This document shows, one piece after another, positions 23,592-39,564 of a stretch of 64,000 nt of DNA. Numbering within the stretch: position 1 is the first letter of the stretch; every line of letters starts with the position of its first letter. The DNA comes from the human T2T-CHM13v2.0 reference genome, Homo sapiens. Position numbers and translations under genes: made by a program. The stretch lies in assembly GCF_009914755.1 (NCBI RefSeq), contig NC_060931.1. One strand, 5' to 3'. The notes under the pieces were generated by a model. The model saw nothing but the letters and a program-made list of their open reading frames with translations. It had not been told where the DNA came from and searched no databases.

Positions 23592-26500
23592 CTACAATAT
23601 TCAATTCAAAAGACAAAAAAGAAATGTTAACAGTCTGTTCTGAAGAGTTCCCTAGTATTAAAGTGGGCATATATAATAAATACATAAATACAGCAAACAT
23701 TGTAATTATTTCTATTACAAAGCAAATTTAAAACTTCATCTTAAATATTGAATAAACTGACAAACTTTATCAACAGTCTCTGCACTCACCAAGTAGCTCC
23801 ACATCTGCATGATTTAGGGTGGGCTAGATTGTCTCTTCAAATAATAATAATAATAGCTCCAATATTTTGAGCATATAACAAGAACTGGCTCTTTGTTCTG
23901 TCATTTCTAAGTTTCAGAACCTTACAATATAGGCATTATTCTCTTCCATTTTAAAATATTTTCTACATTATCACTCAAGTAGCTAAGGGGCAAGACCAAC
24001 ATCCAAACTCAGATCTAAGTTGAAAACAGGCATTCTTTCCCTATTGCCAAAGAGTCTAGATTTCCAGGGGCCAGTCATTTTAGGCTTCTATCCCAGGCAT
24101 GAGTCTAGACTAAGTTACTTCGGTTTCTGCCCAAATCTTCCAGAAGTAAAGGAAGGCAAGTTCAGCTTTTACGCCCAGGAAACAATAATAAGAATAGCAA
24201 CAAAAGCAGGAAACGCTGCTAATAGGAATATAGTATTTGCTATCTGTTCTTATAAGCACTTCACAAATGGTAGTTCACTTAACCCTCACAACCCTATGAA
24301 ACAGGCCCTATTCTTAATTCCATTTCACTGATGAGAAAACTGCCCAAGGTCAGTGAATTAAGGCACAGCAGGGCCAAGTGGTCTGGCTTCAGAGCTCATG
24401 CTTATAAGCATTACACAATTCGGCCTCTCTGACAGTCAGTATTAGTTTAAAATTATAATGAAATAAAACTTTTTAAAGTTTATCTTTTTCTCTAATGATA
24501 AAAAATGGACTGCATGGAGAGAGATGAATGAGCAGAATCTACATTTCATGACTGCCAGTGTCATGCAGGATCTAAGATAGGAAAGTTCAGCCCTCTCTAT
24601 AAAGGACAGACTGGAAGGAGGATTTGTATGAATAATTTCTGTGTTTGAGCCTGAAAGAAATGTACTATAACTAAGCCTGTCTGTCAGATGGGCTATCAAA
24701 GCATCCAAGTGTGAAAGGTCCTGAGTTCCTGTCCTCTTAGAGATTGCTGGCAACCTTCCCCTTCCGAGGAGTGGTTTCCCCTGCTGAGGTATAATTTTTG
24801 AGTCAACTGTGTCAGGTAGGTGAGAAGAAATAAAGCATTGCTGCGGCCAGAGATTTGAAGAGCTGCAAACCACCACTTTGGAGGGGTAGGATTAGGAAAG
24901 AAAATGCAGCCTCATAGGTCTTGGACAGCTGCATTCATTCAACATGGGGTATTTACACATTATCAGCCACCAACAAAGAACCTAAAACACTGCAGTACCG
25001 CTGCCATGAAACTTGTAGAAGAAATCCACTGACTGAGATTCCTTTATTCTGCTTGCAGATGCTTTTATCACTCTCGGATTTCCTCTTCCTGAGGGAAGAA
25101 CATGGTGTAGCACATGAAATACATTTGACAATTGCTTTTGCACATAACAATGATAAAAGAAACCAAAGCATCTAGCTACACTACTGAACAGTGTCTTGTT
25201 CTACTACTAAAAAAGAAAAGAAGAAGAGAAAAAGAAGGAGGGGGAGGAACAAGAAAACATACAGTAGTAATCGTAGTAACACAGCAGTAGCAATCAAAAG
25301 GACAATCAAAAAATTCTATTTTGCTCTACAGGGTAGAGCACCCATAAGCAAATCATGGTTTCCCTTCTGTTTCCTATGGATATCCTGGTGCGAATCACTG
25401 CTTTGGCACCACCTGTGGAAAATGCATGGGGCATTTGAGTCACATTGCTAATCAGAGTTATAGCGACACAAAGGAAACTGGAGTTGATTTTAGTCTATTC
25501 ATTTCCCATGAAACTCCTAGTAAATTACATTGTGGATAAGCAATGCAATATTACCACAGGTAGGCAACCACTTACAGGCTGTGATTTAAGGATGCCTGAA
25601 AAGCCTCCCTCCTTGCCAATAACTCCTGTCCTAGTCTAGCTTCGTGCTTGACACTACGCTCTGCATTAAGTTCTATGGAGTTCCAGGGATTTCTTAGTCT
25701 GTTACGAAAGTCACTGAAGATGGAAGGAAGATGCGGAGAAAACTCAGGAAGCCTCATGCATTCAATGAAATGCAATGCCTCCTCCTTTGTTTTACAAATC
25801 AGGATTCTGAGTCAAAACATCTTTTGCACAAGGGATCTGGGCTAGAAGAATTTGAGAACTGGTGCATTAAGATATGCTATCTCTCAGCCTTCTGGAACGT
25901 CATGTAAATGCACTAACATCATTCATATGGAAAAACTGAAGTGCAACGTTCCGCAGATGATAATATATGGAGTCGAGTGCTGTAAGTTCTAAAACTGATT
26001 TTAACTGAACTATATTGATTTTTAAAAGATCCTCTTAAAATATATTATGAACTTATGTGCCTTTTGAGGCAGAATATATAAACCATATTCTAAATTTTTC
26101 TTCATAAAGACTACAACATGATGCACTGTACAAAGAACAGTCATTTTTCTCTTTCCTGTCCTTCTGTTTGGGTAGAGCTCCTTTTGAGTCAGTGTTGCTG
26201 TCTTTTGTTGCTCTCAATTTCCTAAATGGCAGCTTCTCAACAGCTTTTAATCTGAGAAATCAGATAATTACAGTTTACAATCATATGTAAAATTAAGTAA
26301 ATAAATTCTGAATAAAGGTCCCAGGTCTTTTGCCATAGTAGAAAAGTAAATAGATTTTTAGTTCCTTAATTGAGGGAAACTGTTTTAGCAAATCGGAAAT
26401 TTTAATCACTGACTTCACGGTGTATGACTACATTTCAACTGGTTAAAGTTATTTGAAGTAGTTGGATAATAAGCTTCCGGACAGAAATTGCCCAAAACAC

Positions 26501-26701
26501 CTAGAATTTTGTGCTTAGTTAGGTTGCAATTTTTCATTTTTAAGTTCCCAGCTATACACAAAGGTAAGATGCAGGAATCTGGACATTCTAAATACTACAA
26601 ATATTCACTTTTTCCCAAATAACTTATATGAGCCAGTGCTTACTTCTCTACGAAAGGTGATAAATTAAACCAAGAAAAGTCACTTAAAAGCATTCAGTAG
26701 G

Positions 26702-27004
<303 letters not shown>

Positions 27005-27824
27005 TTACCTCTTATTCCTTACATTGGGACACAGTTGTTATAGAACCTAGCACAAAAACATAATTTAAACAAATATTGCCTAGAACATGAAACATGTTTA
27101 AAAATTAAAATTATTTAAAAAACAATAATTTGCTCTCATCAATGAATTTAAAGGCCAGTTGAGCTTACTGCCTTAAATATCAAACAGCACCTAAGCACCC
27201 TTACTAAGGGTTTCCTGATTTTGCTGGTGTTGGTATTCAAAAGAAACTTATTTGTAGGTGTGTGGTACGGGGTGGGCAGAGGGGGGAACATATCCGTTTA
27301 AACTAAGACAATATGGAATACAGTATAGATCACAGTCCATTATATTACACTGTTCTAATAAAAACATGACCAACATTTACTTAAATAACAACACAATAAT
27401 ATATATGCTAGGTTTTAGGATGGTGGGCATGATCTCACCAGCAGCCATACAGTGGTTATAAGAGAAAACACATCCTACATATTTCCCATGCTGCAGGCCC
27501 TGCTGGCATTGAAAGTAGTGACAGCTCTCCACCAATCTTCAGCTCATAGCAGGCAAGGGAGAAAAACTGTCACAGCTTTAGACCACTGGAGCAGGGAATG
27601 GGGATTGAGGAGGACAGAGGCATCAGTGGCAGGCAGTGGTAGAGAGTATACAATTGTCCCTAATAAAGAGATTAATATTGAATCCTATCCCACCCAACTA
27701 CCTCCCTTGCCTAAGTCCCTGATCTATATGTACCAAGAAAGCTATTTTTTTTCTTCCTTTGAGCAAGATATGTGATTTCTGCTAAGTAACAATGAATATC
27801 TGGTGGGAGTTGAGAGAGTTTGAT

Positions 27825-27953
27825 GGAGAAAAACAGGAAAGGAAGGATGGGAAAGATGATGAAAAATAAAGATGAAAAAGAGGGAAGGGGAAAAGACGGG
27901 AAAGGGTAGGAGAGAAGGGAGAGGAGAGGGGAGGAAAGGAGAAGAGGGGTGGG
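27825..27953. repeat. GA-rich low-complexity tract
   Basis: Nearly pure purine on plus strand. Confidence 0.85.
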
Positions 27954-29172
27954 TCCTTCAGGGCCTGGGGTTAGCTACTTTCACAGGCCCATGATCTATA
28001 AAAGGATTGGGGCCTTTTTGCTGCCCAAGGTAAGTAAAATTAAATATCTGTCATTCCCAATTGTCAGAAGTTTGACACCCAGGAAGCAGGTACAACAAGG
28101 CTGGCTGTCCCCTTCTGAATGAGGCACACGGCAAGCTTTATTTCTTCTTGCAGTGGGGCCAACTGCACTGCCTGCTGACTACATAGCTTCTACTGCGGTC
28201 CTAAGAGCTCCCACTGAGCTTGCCCACCTCGACAGGTGGAATCACCAGAGATGGGACATGGGGAAGGCAGTAGGAAAAGAGCCAGCATGGCAACCGGTTC
28301 TTAGTCTCCCCATCTCAGAGGAGCTCAGAGGCCAGAGGCTGCTGCAGGACCAAAAACACCAGGGCAAAGTCTGAGCTCATGGCACCTCACTCCAGAATTC
28401 CCAGACGTAATGCAAGGAATCACCAGCTATGAGGCCACAGTGAGCAAAGGGATGACAGCCAGGAAAGGGGCTTCAGGCAGAAACCAACAATACTGTGAGT
28501 GCATAAGGGGGCAGATGGGGCATGCTGGGGAAAGGGCCAGAGGGGGGCCACATGGTGAGAAGCCAAGGAGAAGGACAGAGGAGGTTGCTGGGCCAGGCCT
28601 ACCCCCAGCTGCCTCCCAGCTTTCTCCCCCATGGTTTCTCTACCCCTTAGCCTCCTAGATGGGAAGATTCACCCCGAGGACTAGAAACCGAGGGAAGGCT
28701 GAAAATCAAGCAAAGGGGAAACTGCAAGAGAGGCCAGGAGAGTGCTCTCCTCCTCCCCCTTCTCCTTCCCTTTTAGACCACAAAGCCCGGTCCACAGCAG
28801 CATCTTGGAGATGGGTAGGAAGGAGGCGCCATGCAGCCCAGGCAGGACTGTCCTCTCCTCCTCTTCAATGGCGGGGCTAATGGAATGCTTAGGAAAGTGG
28901 AGGGGAGGAACCTTCCTAAGCTCTTAGAATGTCAGGAATCTGGTGTCCTCTCAGTAGGCATTGTCTCTCTGGCAACATACACAACAAGATTGTTGCTGTA
29001 TAATCCAAGGTAAATGAAAACAAGAGTTCTTTGATTTATTTAAAAACCTAATTAGAAGAAATGACAAGCATATTTGGCAAATTCTACTTCTCTGGGGAGT
29101 CTGGGATGCAATCTATAAATTGGCATTAGGAAAAATGAAGAATGACATTATCTGAAAGTTCCATTAATATGA

Positions 29173-29593
<421 letters not shown>

Positions 29594-31145
29594 CAGCACA
29601 CTTCTTTTATCCTCAGTATATCACTCATTCTGTCTATGACAACAGGATCTCATGATTCCAGACCAAGGAGCAAAGATGCCACATGTCCGGAGGAGTCTGT
29701 GACCCGAGTGGAAACTCAGACCTCTCCTTAGAGGTTCAATTGCAGAGAGACCTCACTCCATGTTAAAAGGTCCCAGCCCAGACCCTGAGTAGTGTTGGCC
29801 CATGTTGGAGGGCAGGCCTTCATTTGTAAAGACTCCATGTGTTTGTGCAATGTGATCTGTGGACAGACAAGGACTTGGTAAAGGCTGAAACCTTCTGAGA
29901 TAGCCCCCAACAACCAACACCCTTGATAAGGGATGGTGCCAAAAGTATCTCAGAATATCTGGAAGAAAAGCAGTAGGAACAACTAGAAGTTGGGTTGGAG
30001 ACTCTTACAAAGGATACACCAAAATACTCATGCAATGCTCAGATATACACCAATACTCCTGAATCTGTAGATGCTGGGTATCTGGAATCATGATGGTTTG
30101 AGTTATCCTACATAAGAGAAGATTCCATATGGCTGAAACAATCTGTTACTGCTGACTTTTCCAGAATATATTTATGGAAATTCAGTCCACCAATTATTTT
30201 AACCATCACTATGTGTATAAGACTATGTGAGTGCTGTACAGGATATAAACAGGAGGAAGCTTCTGTCCTTGCAAGAGCTGGCAAGCTACTTGAGGAGACA
30301 AGAGGAACTTGGTAGAAAAGGCCATTCACAGGAGAGAGCCACACATGGCGACATGCTCAACAACAGCCCAGACAAGAAAAGCTGTCACCTAGAGGAGGGC
30401 AAAATCTGAGGCTGAACCAGTAAAAAGGGTCTAGCAGAGAAAGCAAATTCTTTAATTTGGGCTTAAAATATGTATATTCAAAAAAATCAAAGGCATTCCA
30501 GCAGGAAAAAGATCTGAAGTCTCTTTACGTAGTAGGCACCGACGCCTCTGAAAAGGCATGGAGACCTGCTTTGGCATGTCCACTGCGGGACAATTCCTGG
30601 GCTCCTGGGTGTCTATGTACAGGAGTCACTGGGCTCAGGGCTGGTGGTTGAGTGTGGAGGTTTGAACGGTGTGTCTGGGGGTTGCTGGCAGCCCTCAAAC
30701 CTGGGAAGTAGGTACACTGGCTGTGTTAAGAAGCCAGAGGAGCTGTCTATGAGGAGCTTCATGAGAAGGGGAAACAGAACTACGCCCCAGAAGCCATGGG
30801 GTTCAAAATTACAGAGTTACAGAGAGGTGGAGATTTCTCTGTGTGTTTCCATGCCGCTATATTCCAGCACTGAGAACCAAGAACACTGCCTGACACAGTT
30901 ATTCTGAAAGGAAAGGGGGAGGGAAGAAAGGAGAAAGGGCTTCTGACATAGGGCTCCCTCCCCACTTAACCCTCAATCAGCCCCGGTCTGGAGAATTGGT
31001 GGCTTAGGAAACATTAGGAGACAAAACCCCCACCGGGACATAGACATTCTCGTAATAAGCAATCCCAAAAGCAACAGTAATGAGGTGCCCTCAGACTGTT
31101 TGAGGAATGGAAGCCCTCTGCCCACAATAGGGAAAAAATAGTGCG

Positions 31146-31525
<380 letters not shown>

Positions 31526-31799
31526 CTATAATATTTTTGTGAGCACAAATCAGATATCTTCTGGGGACCCACAGGACTATCTGATAGAAGGGCTATTTTG
31601 CAGAAGACTGAGGTCTTACATAGACTGCGTAGAGTTAAAAACAGTTGCATCTGTATTACTGCGGCTCATGTGATGCCACCTGTGTCTACAGGTTAGTTAA
31701 ACCTTGGAATATTTATTTGGGAACAGTTGCAGGAGTGGAGAGAAAACAGACAGAACCAGGGATTACAGGCATCAGACACCGTGCCCAGCCCTGAAAAAT

Positions 31800-32330
31800 T
31801 GTTTTGATCTCATAGAAATTATACTCTCCTGTGAGAGACAGACAACAAACAAGAGAGATTAGTATATAATATATTGACAGAAATAAGTACTAAAAAGAAA
31901 ATTAAAGAGAGAAAGGGAGATAAGAAACATCAAGAGTAGCAGAAAATTGAAGTTGTAGACAGGTGGACCAGGGAAGGTTTCACTGAATATTTTGACAAAC
32001 ACCCAAAGGAAGTGAGAGAGTTCACCACGTGGATATCTGGCGGAAAAACATTCTAGGCAAAGGGCACAGCCATGCAAAGCTCAGAGGCATGAGGATGTCA
32101 GGATGCTAAGGAGTGGCTGGGGGCCAGTGTTGGGGAGTAGAGATGAGGTCAGATGATAACAGCAGGCCAGATCATGCTGTGTTGCAGGTCGTGGTTAAGA
32201 CACTGGCTTTTTTTCCTGAAAGAGAATAAGAAATTCAAGGGTCACAGTGATAATTTCCCGTATGAGGTGATGGGGGCCTGAACTGGAGTGACAAGAATGG
32301 AACAAAAAGGAAAGGCAGAGGCACAAGAGT
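31800..32330. mobile_element. L2 fragment
   Basis: agggaaggtttcactga, cattctaggcaaagggcacagc, agatgaggtcag, ggccagatcat motifs. Confidence 0.65.
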
Positions 32331-33321
32331 GACTGAGAGCACACAGCCCTCTTCCCAGCCCCACACCAGCCTCCACTAAGGTCAGTGTGAATTCCTTATA
32401 TTTTGTCCTTAAGTATTTCAGTAGAATCATCAGCAGCTCAGGAGGGCTTCAATCCTACCCCTTGGGCAGCTTTGCTGTTCATGTGTATGCTGGGCTGACA
32501 GCATACCTGACAGTCTCATGCTCTATTATGGTTGGAATTGCCTCTCGAGTACCGCAGGAAAACTCACTTGATGCTCTTCGAACAGCGTGTTTTGTTCTGT
32601 TCTGAGAAACACATTATCAGAAGCATTCTGCATATGAAGTGTTTATGTTGATGTTCCTAGCACCTCCCCTGAGTAACCTCAGATGTGCAGGTAGATTCTA
32701 GATACTAGGCTGAACCCCACCTAGGCAGGCTCAATTCCATGACCTCCCGAGAGACCTACAGGGAGAAAGAAGAGCAGTGCCTGTGTGTTGTTGTTTGAAC
32801 CAGAAAGAAAAAGTTGTCTATTTCCCAGATAGCCAGTGTATTTTATATTTTTCATCTGAAGGGAAAGAAAACCAAAATCTTACAGCAGAAAGCCAAGGGA
32901 AAAAAAAGACTGTGAGCTGAATATAAGAACTAGAAAGACACACAAAAAACCTTTCCTCTTCCTGAGAAGCAGCCAATCGGGGCTCATAGGAGAAACAATT
33001 TGGTAAGAACCAAATTGCTAGGATTGCGTTAATTCAAAGCTAACGTTCATGACTGGTTACAAAGAATGATACATCCATCGTGTTTTGAGCACTGGATTAA
33101 GTTTGGTAAAAACTACAGTCAGAACAGTACAGGATTCTTTTTAAGGGAGGAAAAAGGTACATGTCTGTATCTCAACAGTTTACCCTTAAACTAAAATTTG
33201 TACCAAATCACACTCTTAAATGGTTAAATGTGACTTATGTTAGTGGATTTAATACTTCTTTTTAATGAGAAGAAAGTGATAGGCACAAAGTTTCTCTGAT
33301 AGGCTTCAACAGAAATCTACA

Positions 33322-33482
33322 GCAAGCCTGTGGTCCCTGATACTCAGGAGGCTGAGGCAGTAGGATCACTTAAGCCCAGGAGTTTGAGGCTGCAGTGAGC
33401 CAGGATCACATCGCCACATTCCAACCTGGGTGACATGGCAGAATTCTGTCTCTAAAACAAACACACAAACAAACAAAAAAAC
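33322..33482 (+). mobile_element. FRAM/AluJ right monomer
   Basis: gcctgtggtccc...ggatcacttaagcccaggagtttgaggctgcagtgagcc, A-rich tail. Confidence 0.85.
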
Positions 33483-36400
33483 AGAAAGCTACGACGTGAA
33501 TCTTAGGAGAAGTCTACACCTTGGAATTCATTTGGGTGACTATCGCGTACTGCCACCATCTTTTGGAAATCTTCTTACAATTCAGGCACAGTTATTGAGA
33601 TATAAAACAAATATTGCAGCCAGTCTTTATAACAAGCATGGCGAAGGGCCTGATAAGTTTGAATGGGTTTGCACAAGTCTAATCAAATGATACTAACAAA
33701 CTGATGCCCTCAGAGTTGCCAGGCGGAGAGTCATGGGGAATGATACTCACTGTGCCCCTCCATCTAGATTACTGGGCAGCTCAGGTATTCCTTCTGCCTC
33801 TTCCCTCATGCTCATGATACATTAAAAAGGGTTCCAGCCTAATGAACTTGAAGAAATCCTTAAAAATCCATAATTCTGTTTCCCACCCTGGCTCTCATTT
33901 TACCCAAGGACACTTCATATTTCATCATTCTTATTATTGAAGTTCTCTGTACTTTGTTGCCCTTGTTTCTTGTTTCTGCTTCTTTAAAATTTGCCTGCTT
34001 CTCTTTTCTCTTATTTCTTTTTCCCCATTTGTTTTTCTATGCTTCTCAGCTTAGAAGTCAGTATACAACCACAGCCGGTCACTAGTTTCAACTCATCAGA
34101 TGCAATCTTCCTGATTTTGGCTCTTTACAGGTGGTTTTGTGGCTGTTCCTTGTCATATTTTTACACGCTCTTCAAGGTTATTATTTGTGCCAGCAGGTCA
34201 AAGTTGCCAGGTGTCTTATAGTAGAGTAATTGAAGGATTGATATGCACGCAAATATGGATATAAATATAATTACAGGTACACAGACACTAATAAGTAGAA
34301 ATTCATACCATTAGAGCCCTACACACATACACACCCATGTGCATTCACAAATTTCAAGCAGACAGACTTGAGTGAAGATGGGCTAGACATATTACAGAAG
34401 TCATAACAAAACAAGTTAATAGAAAATGGTGTTTCTATGTCTTGGTGGCTTTCTCTAGTTCTGAGGTAGCATATCACGGGTACAGCAGAGATTTGAGCCT
34501 TAGTATAAACTAGGAAATCCCAAACACTTTGCCTTTTTCAGTCCTTGCTGGTGTGACAGTACCATAAACACCATCTTACTTGTATTATGAATCCTGACAT
34601 GTTTCCATTATCAGTTTACTTTGTGGAAATAGAATTATTTTCTTAAAGTTCACAGCTTAATATTTCTAACCAAAAATTTAGAGATATTTGCTTTGATATG
34701 GAATACTGTATTTCTAGTTAAGAAGCGATATCAAGCTGTGGTAAGTTAGTTATCCTTTCACTGCCATTTTTCACATTCCAAGCTATTTGGTGACATAATT
34801 AAGGCAGTCTTCCAGCCAATCTAGTCCAGGAAGACCCACAGACATCTCAGTCATTGTTTACTCAACACTGTACCTCCAGTTGGTAATGTTTTCACTGACA
34901 CATACACACCCGCCCATTTCATTTTTTAATGAGGACATCATACCCACAGAGATTTGCCAGGAGGCTAGCTGTGTAATATACACATTACCCACACTGTAAA
35001 CAGAGCTCACTTCTGCCATGCCAAGTAGGTACGACTTACCCAGCTAAGGGAACTGAGACCCTATGAGACTGTGCAACTTGCCCAAGAAAGACTAGCTAAG
35101 AGTGGAAGTCTTTCTAACCCAAAGCCATCTCTATGTGTTACAGCTTACTGTTTTCCTCTTTTCTTTGCTAGTGGTAACCTGGGGGACCAAGACTGATGAG
35201 GATAGATAAGAAATATGATATTTAACGTGATTGCTTCATATGATCTGTTCTCATGAGATCCCTAGGGGAACTGACTAATGACAACCACACATGACCCCCT
35301 GTGCCAAGATGGCAAAAAGCAGTCTCTGTTCTCCACGAGAATGAAATAAAATGCACTGCAAAAGGCATGGCACTGGCTAAACAGGGCATAAAACCTTACA
35401 CAAGTCAGCTACCTGCATGTGTTAAATCTCCCTCTAAAGAGTCTTAAAAAGGAGGCAGGAATTCAGACGTCCTGGATTATAAATATAACAATACTTAAAT
35501 GGCAGGGTTGATCTGGTGACAGGTGTCTGTGTGTGTATGTGTCTCTCTCTCAACAAGCACCTCATTGAACTCATTCATTCATTCAATGTTAAGTAACACA
35601 GGGTAACTATTCAGTTCAATCACTTATCCTCAGTGTGGGGAATACAGGAGAGGACAACAAGGGCAGAGTTCCTGAGCTAAATGGAGCTTATGCTGTAGTG
35701 TTGGAGACAGATAAATAAGCGAGCAATTTTTAAAAGTATGATAGCTAGTAAGTGGTGTGTGCTGTAAAAGGTTGACAGAATGGTGAAGGAGCAAGAGGGG
35801 AGGGAGAGCCTGACTGTCAGCTAGGCTAGTTGTTTCACCTCACAAGCTCAGTCCTTAACTTTCCTCGAGGAAACAGAGGTAGTAGGTGATGCTAAGACTC
35901 TCCAAACCTAGTACTCTGAGTTGTCTCTTTTGGCTCTGTTTCTTGGAACCACTTTCATTCAAGGAGGAATGATTATAGTGGTCAATATTTATTGAGTGCC
36001 TGTGATTTGCCAGCCTGCTGTTATATATGCATTAACTCTTTTAATTTTCACAACAACCACAAGAAGCAGTATAATCCCATTTTCCAGATGTAAAACTTAG
36101 GCTTAACGAGGTTAAAACAAGGACCAGTGTCACACAACTCAAAGCCTGGAAATCAGGATTCAAAACCAGGTCATCTGATTCCAAAGCTCACACGCTTCAT
36201 CAACACATTACCTGCACCCCCTTAAATGAAGGCATCAATGCAGGATTTTCCATTTCCTCGTGTTTTTAAAGCATCACCTTCTGAATATGTATCCACCTCA
36301 TCAATGTGGCAGGGAACAACAACAACAAGCTCCTAACAAACAGAGACAATACCAACTTTGGGGGCCAGTAGTGGTTTTGGAGTAACCGATAATGCAAATA

Positions 36401-36802
36401 ATGCTTCCATCAAGATTGAGTGCCTCTAAGCAACAGGAATACTGGTTAAACCCCAGTACTGTGGGTCCCTGCCCCTGGAAAACATTGCAAGAAGAGAAAC
36501 CATTTCTGTACACCTGGGCATTGCCTAGGTAACATGTAAGCCTTATGCTAAATCAGATGCAAATTATTTTTATTACTAGGTAACAGGACCATACAATATC
36601 CAATAACAACAGAACTGCTTCACAGAAACACACACCCTTACACAAACACGCAAATGCAGCCTCAATCTAAAATTGTCATGACAGAAAAGATGACAATTAT
36701 TCTCAGAGGTTCAAACTCTAAGAATAAAATAAGACACATGCATTTTGGCTTAATGAAAGTTTAGTATAAAGGCAAAAGAACTGCACAAAGATAGAAAAAA
36801 GT

Positions 36803-37029
36803 CATAAAGCTCTAGAGAGTGAGTAAGCCTCTGTGACTCTTTTTTTCCTTTATCTTTAGGTAGAAGTGAACAACCCAACCCAATGTGACTACTTCAAAAT
36901 GTTGTTGTTATGGATCAGAGACGAGTATGAGTCCTAGGAAAACTGCAAAGCATTGTGTGAGCATTTCTCAAATACTTTTCCACTGACTCCTAAGATCCTA
37001 CAAAATGGCAATGGGTGTTCTGTGGGGAA
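36803..37029 (+). repeat. Copy 1 (likely donor) of a local direct duplication
   Basis: Aligns end to end with 39347-39564. Confidence 0.93.
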
Positions 37030-39346
37030 ATTATGGGTTCCACAATCCTCCCATCCACTCAAAAAAAAAGTAGGAAATCCTGCATACCTTATATGCTTCG
37101 TTGAGCTTCACAGGACCTATTTGCATATTAAAGTCATTCAGTGTTTTCAAAATTTATGGTCATGAGCTCCTTTTAATGTATAATGCCGTATATTGTTTTC
37201 TTTTGAGTTTAGTGTTCTCCAGAACACAATTTTGGGTCAAAAGAAAATGGGCTGTGCAAATAGACAATGGTACTATTGATCCAGGGTCACCTAGAAGTGA
37301 CAGAATCCTAAAGATCCCTTGGCTTCATAGCCTACATATACTATCACTATCCCCATTACATGAAGTGAGCAGTATCAGCACTAGATTCTCCTTTAATATA
37401 CAGACAGCACTTGGTACCAAATTATAACGATCCCCATGACAGTTGTCATAGTAACAATGGCTAACATGTCCTGAGGGTCTACCATGTGCCAGACACTAAG
37501 TGTGCACGTGAACGATCTCATGGAAATGCTGAGCTATCAGGCCAGACACCTAAAGGGTGACATTACTTCTGCCACTGAGAGCACCCCACTCTCTCCCTCT
37601 CTCATATCCACTGACTAGGAACTCAGTAGCAGACAGTGTGTCTGTGAAAATTCTTTTCTTATTTTTGTTGATGGCCACACTTTCCATGAGTCATCTTGAT
37701 TCATTAGATCCTCAATATCCTAATGGTGAAAAAGGCCCCTGGCAGAGAATGGCTGGCACCCAAACAACTCAGAGAGCGGGCTTTGCCTCCTGGGCTTTAT
37801 TGCCACACACGTGGTTCCCTCTGACAGCCTGCACCCAGCTCAGCCAAACTGCCATCTGGGGTGCAGATCATGAGTCTGCTGTGCCAGACAACTGGCATTT
37901 GAGGCTGACAGAGCAGGAGCAACATGCAGGCAGATCTTGGTGCATTCTAAGTCCAATGCTGGTGCTCCATGTTACACACCAGCTAGACCTGAATACGCAG
38001 ATGGCCAGAAAGTCCCCAGTAATGCATGTCGGGCTCTGATTGCCTCATCTTCTCACCCACACACACAGATGCATGGGAACCAGCATTTTCACAAGCTGCT
38101 GCCTGGTGCTCATTCTTCCTGAGATGAAACAGACAAGGTGTAACTGGGCTCAAAATCATTTTCATTTTTAAACAGCAGAAAGCTGAAAGTTTCCTTCAAA
38201 TAGGGCAGAAAGCTATGACCCTTGTACTCTTCTTGAAAGTTTCTTCCAAGAATCTAAGGACATGACCAGCATTCCTGTGAGCAAATATTGTGATACCCCG
38301 TTACAGACAATGATGAGGCTTCTGATTCACCAATAAGAAGACACAGCTTGTGAGATGAGATCACAGAATGGGTTACTTTGATTTGTCCCACTCAGTTGTC
38401 CGCAGTCATGACTTGGTAAGAATATGGATGCTACACACAGCAGCAAAATGACAGGTGAAGCCATAAGAGTCTTAGTGTTGGAATCATCCCAAATATAAGG
38501 CCTTGTTAAGCCAAAGTCCAACCAAATCTGCTAATTAGCTTGTTCAGCTCCATGACATTGAACCATAGTAGGTACAGAAGAGGAGGAAAATGAATACAAA
38601 CATTTGTTAACTGATTTTATCCCTCTACTGATTCTGAGAGGTAGATTTAATCACCACTATTTTACAGAGGAAACTGAGGCTCAGAAAGGCAGAGCAGAAC
38701 TTGCATTTTTATCTAGATCTTTTTGTCTCTGGATCTGTGAAGCTCTTGCCCTCCAATCCTCCAACTCTCATATCACATGGCCTCTCTAACTCAATTCATT
38801 CACTTTCTCAGTAAAACTGTATTTGGCAAATTGCAAGCAACATTAGAAGAAAACTTAGAATTAAGGCAGGGTGTCACAGGTAGGGTTAAGCCATTTTCAC
38901 CAAACATTATCTACGAGGAAAAGACTAAAGCAAAATACAAGAACAAAACAATAACAAAAGCAAAGCAGTACCTATTAGCTGGTCCACAAAAAGAGGGTGG
39001 CATGCTCACATTTAAAAATAGAGAAGATATATCTGGTAACAGCATCCTGAAGTCTGACAGTTCCATTTTTCCTCTTACACAACATACACGCTCACTCACC
39101 TCACCATCTACCTACTCTGTTCCCTGCAGCTCCCAGCTTCTGACACCAACCTGCCTGTCTGCTCACTTACACCTCAACCACATACCACTCAACCTAAACA
39201 CTCAAGCCTGCTGTAGACGCACCTGTGTGCATACGTGTCAGTGAGCCTATGTAACTGCGGTATCTGCATGGCTAGATAAGGTAACTCGACTTATAGAATG
39301 GCTACTATATTAGGTTCCTAGCACTGCCCTAAGAAAGCAAAGAAGC

Positions 39347-39564
39347 CATAAAGCTCTGGATAGTGAGTAAGCCTCTCTGACTCTTCTTTATCTTTAGGTA
39401 GAAGTGAACAGCCCGATATGACCACCCCAAAAGGTTGTTGTTATGGATCAGAGATGATGAGTATGAGTCCTAGGAAAACTGCAAACATTGTGTGAGCATT
39501 TCTCAAACACTTTTCCACTGAATACTAAGATCCCACTCAATGGCAATGGGTGTTCTGTGGGGAA
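39347..39564 (+). repeat. Copy 2 of the local duplication, inside the MLT1 LTR
   Basis: Aligns with 36803-37029. Confidence 0.93.

Noticed and set aside
25570-25600. Possible 20-nt exon ttttcag|...|gtaagt on the DGKI strand
   Set aside because: Purine-rich upstream tract, weak exonic donor bases, frameshifting length
37557-39244. 160-aa and 155-aa plus-strand ORFs
   Set aside because: No domain features, no splice support; lengths compatible with chance in 64 kb
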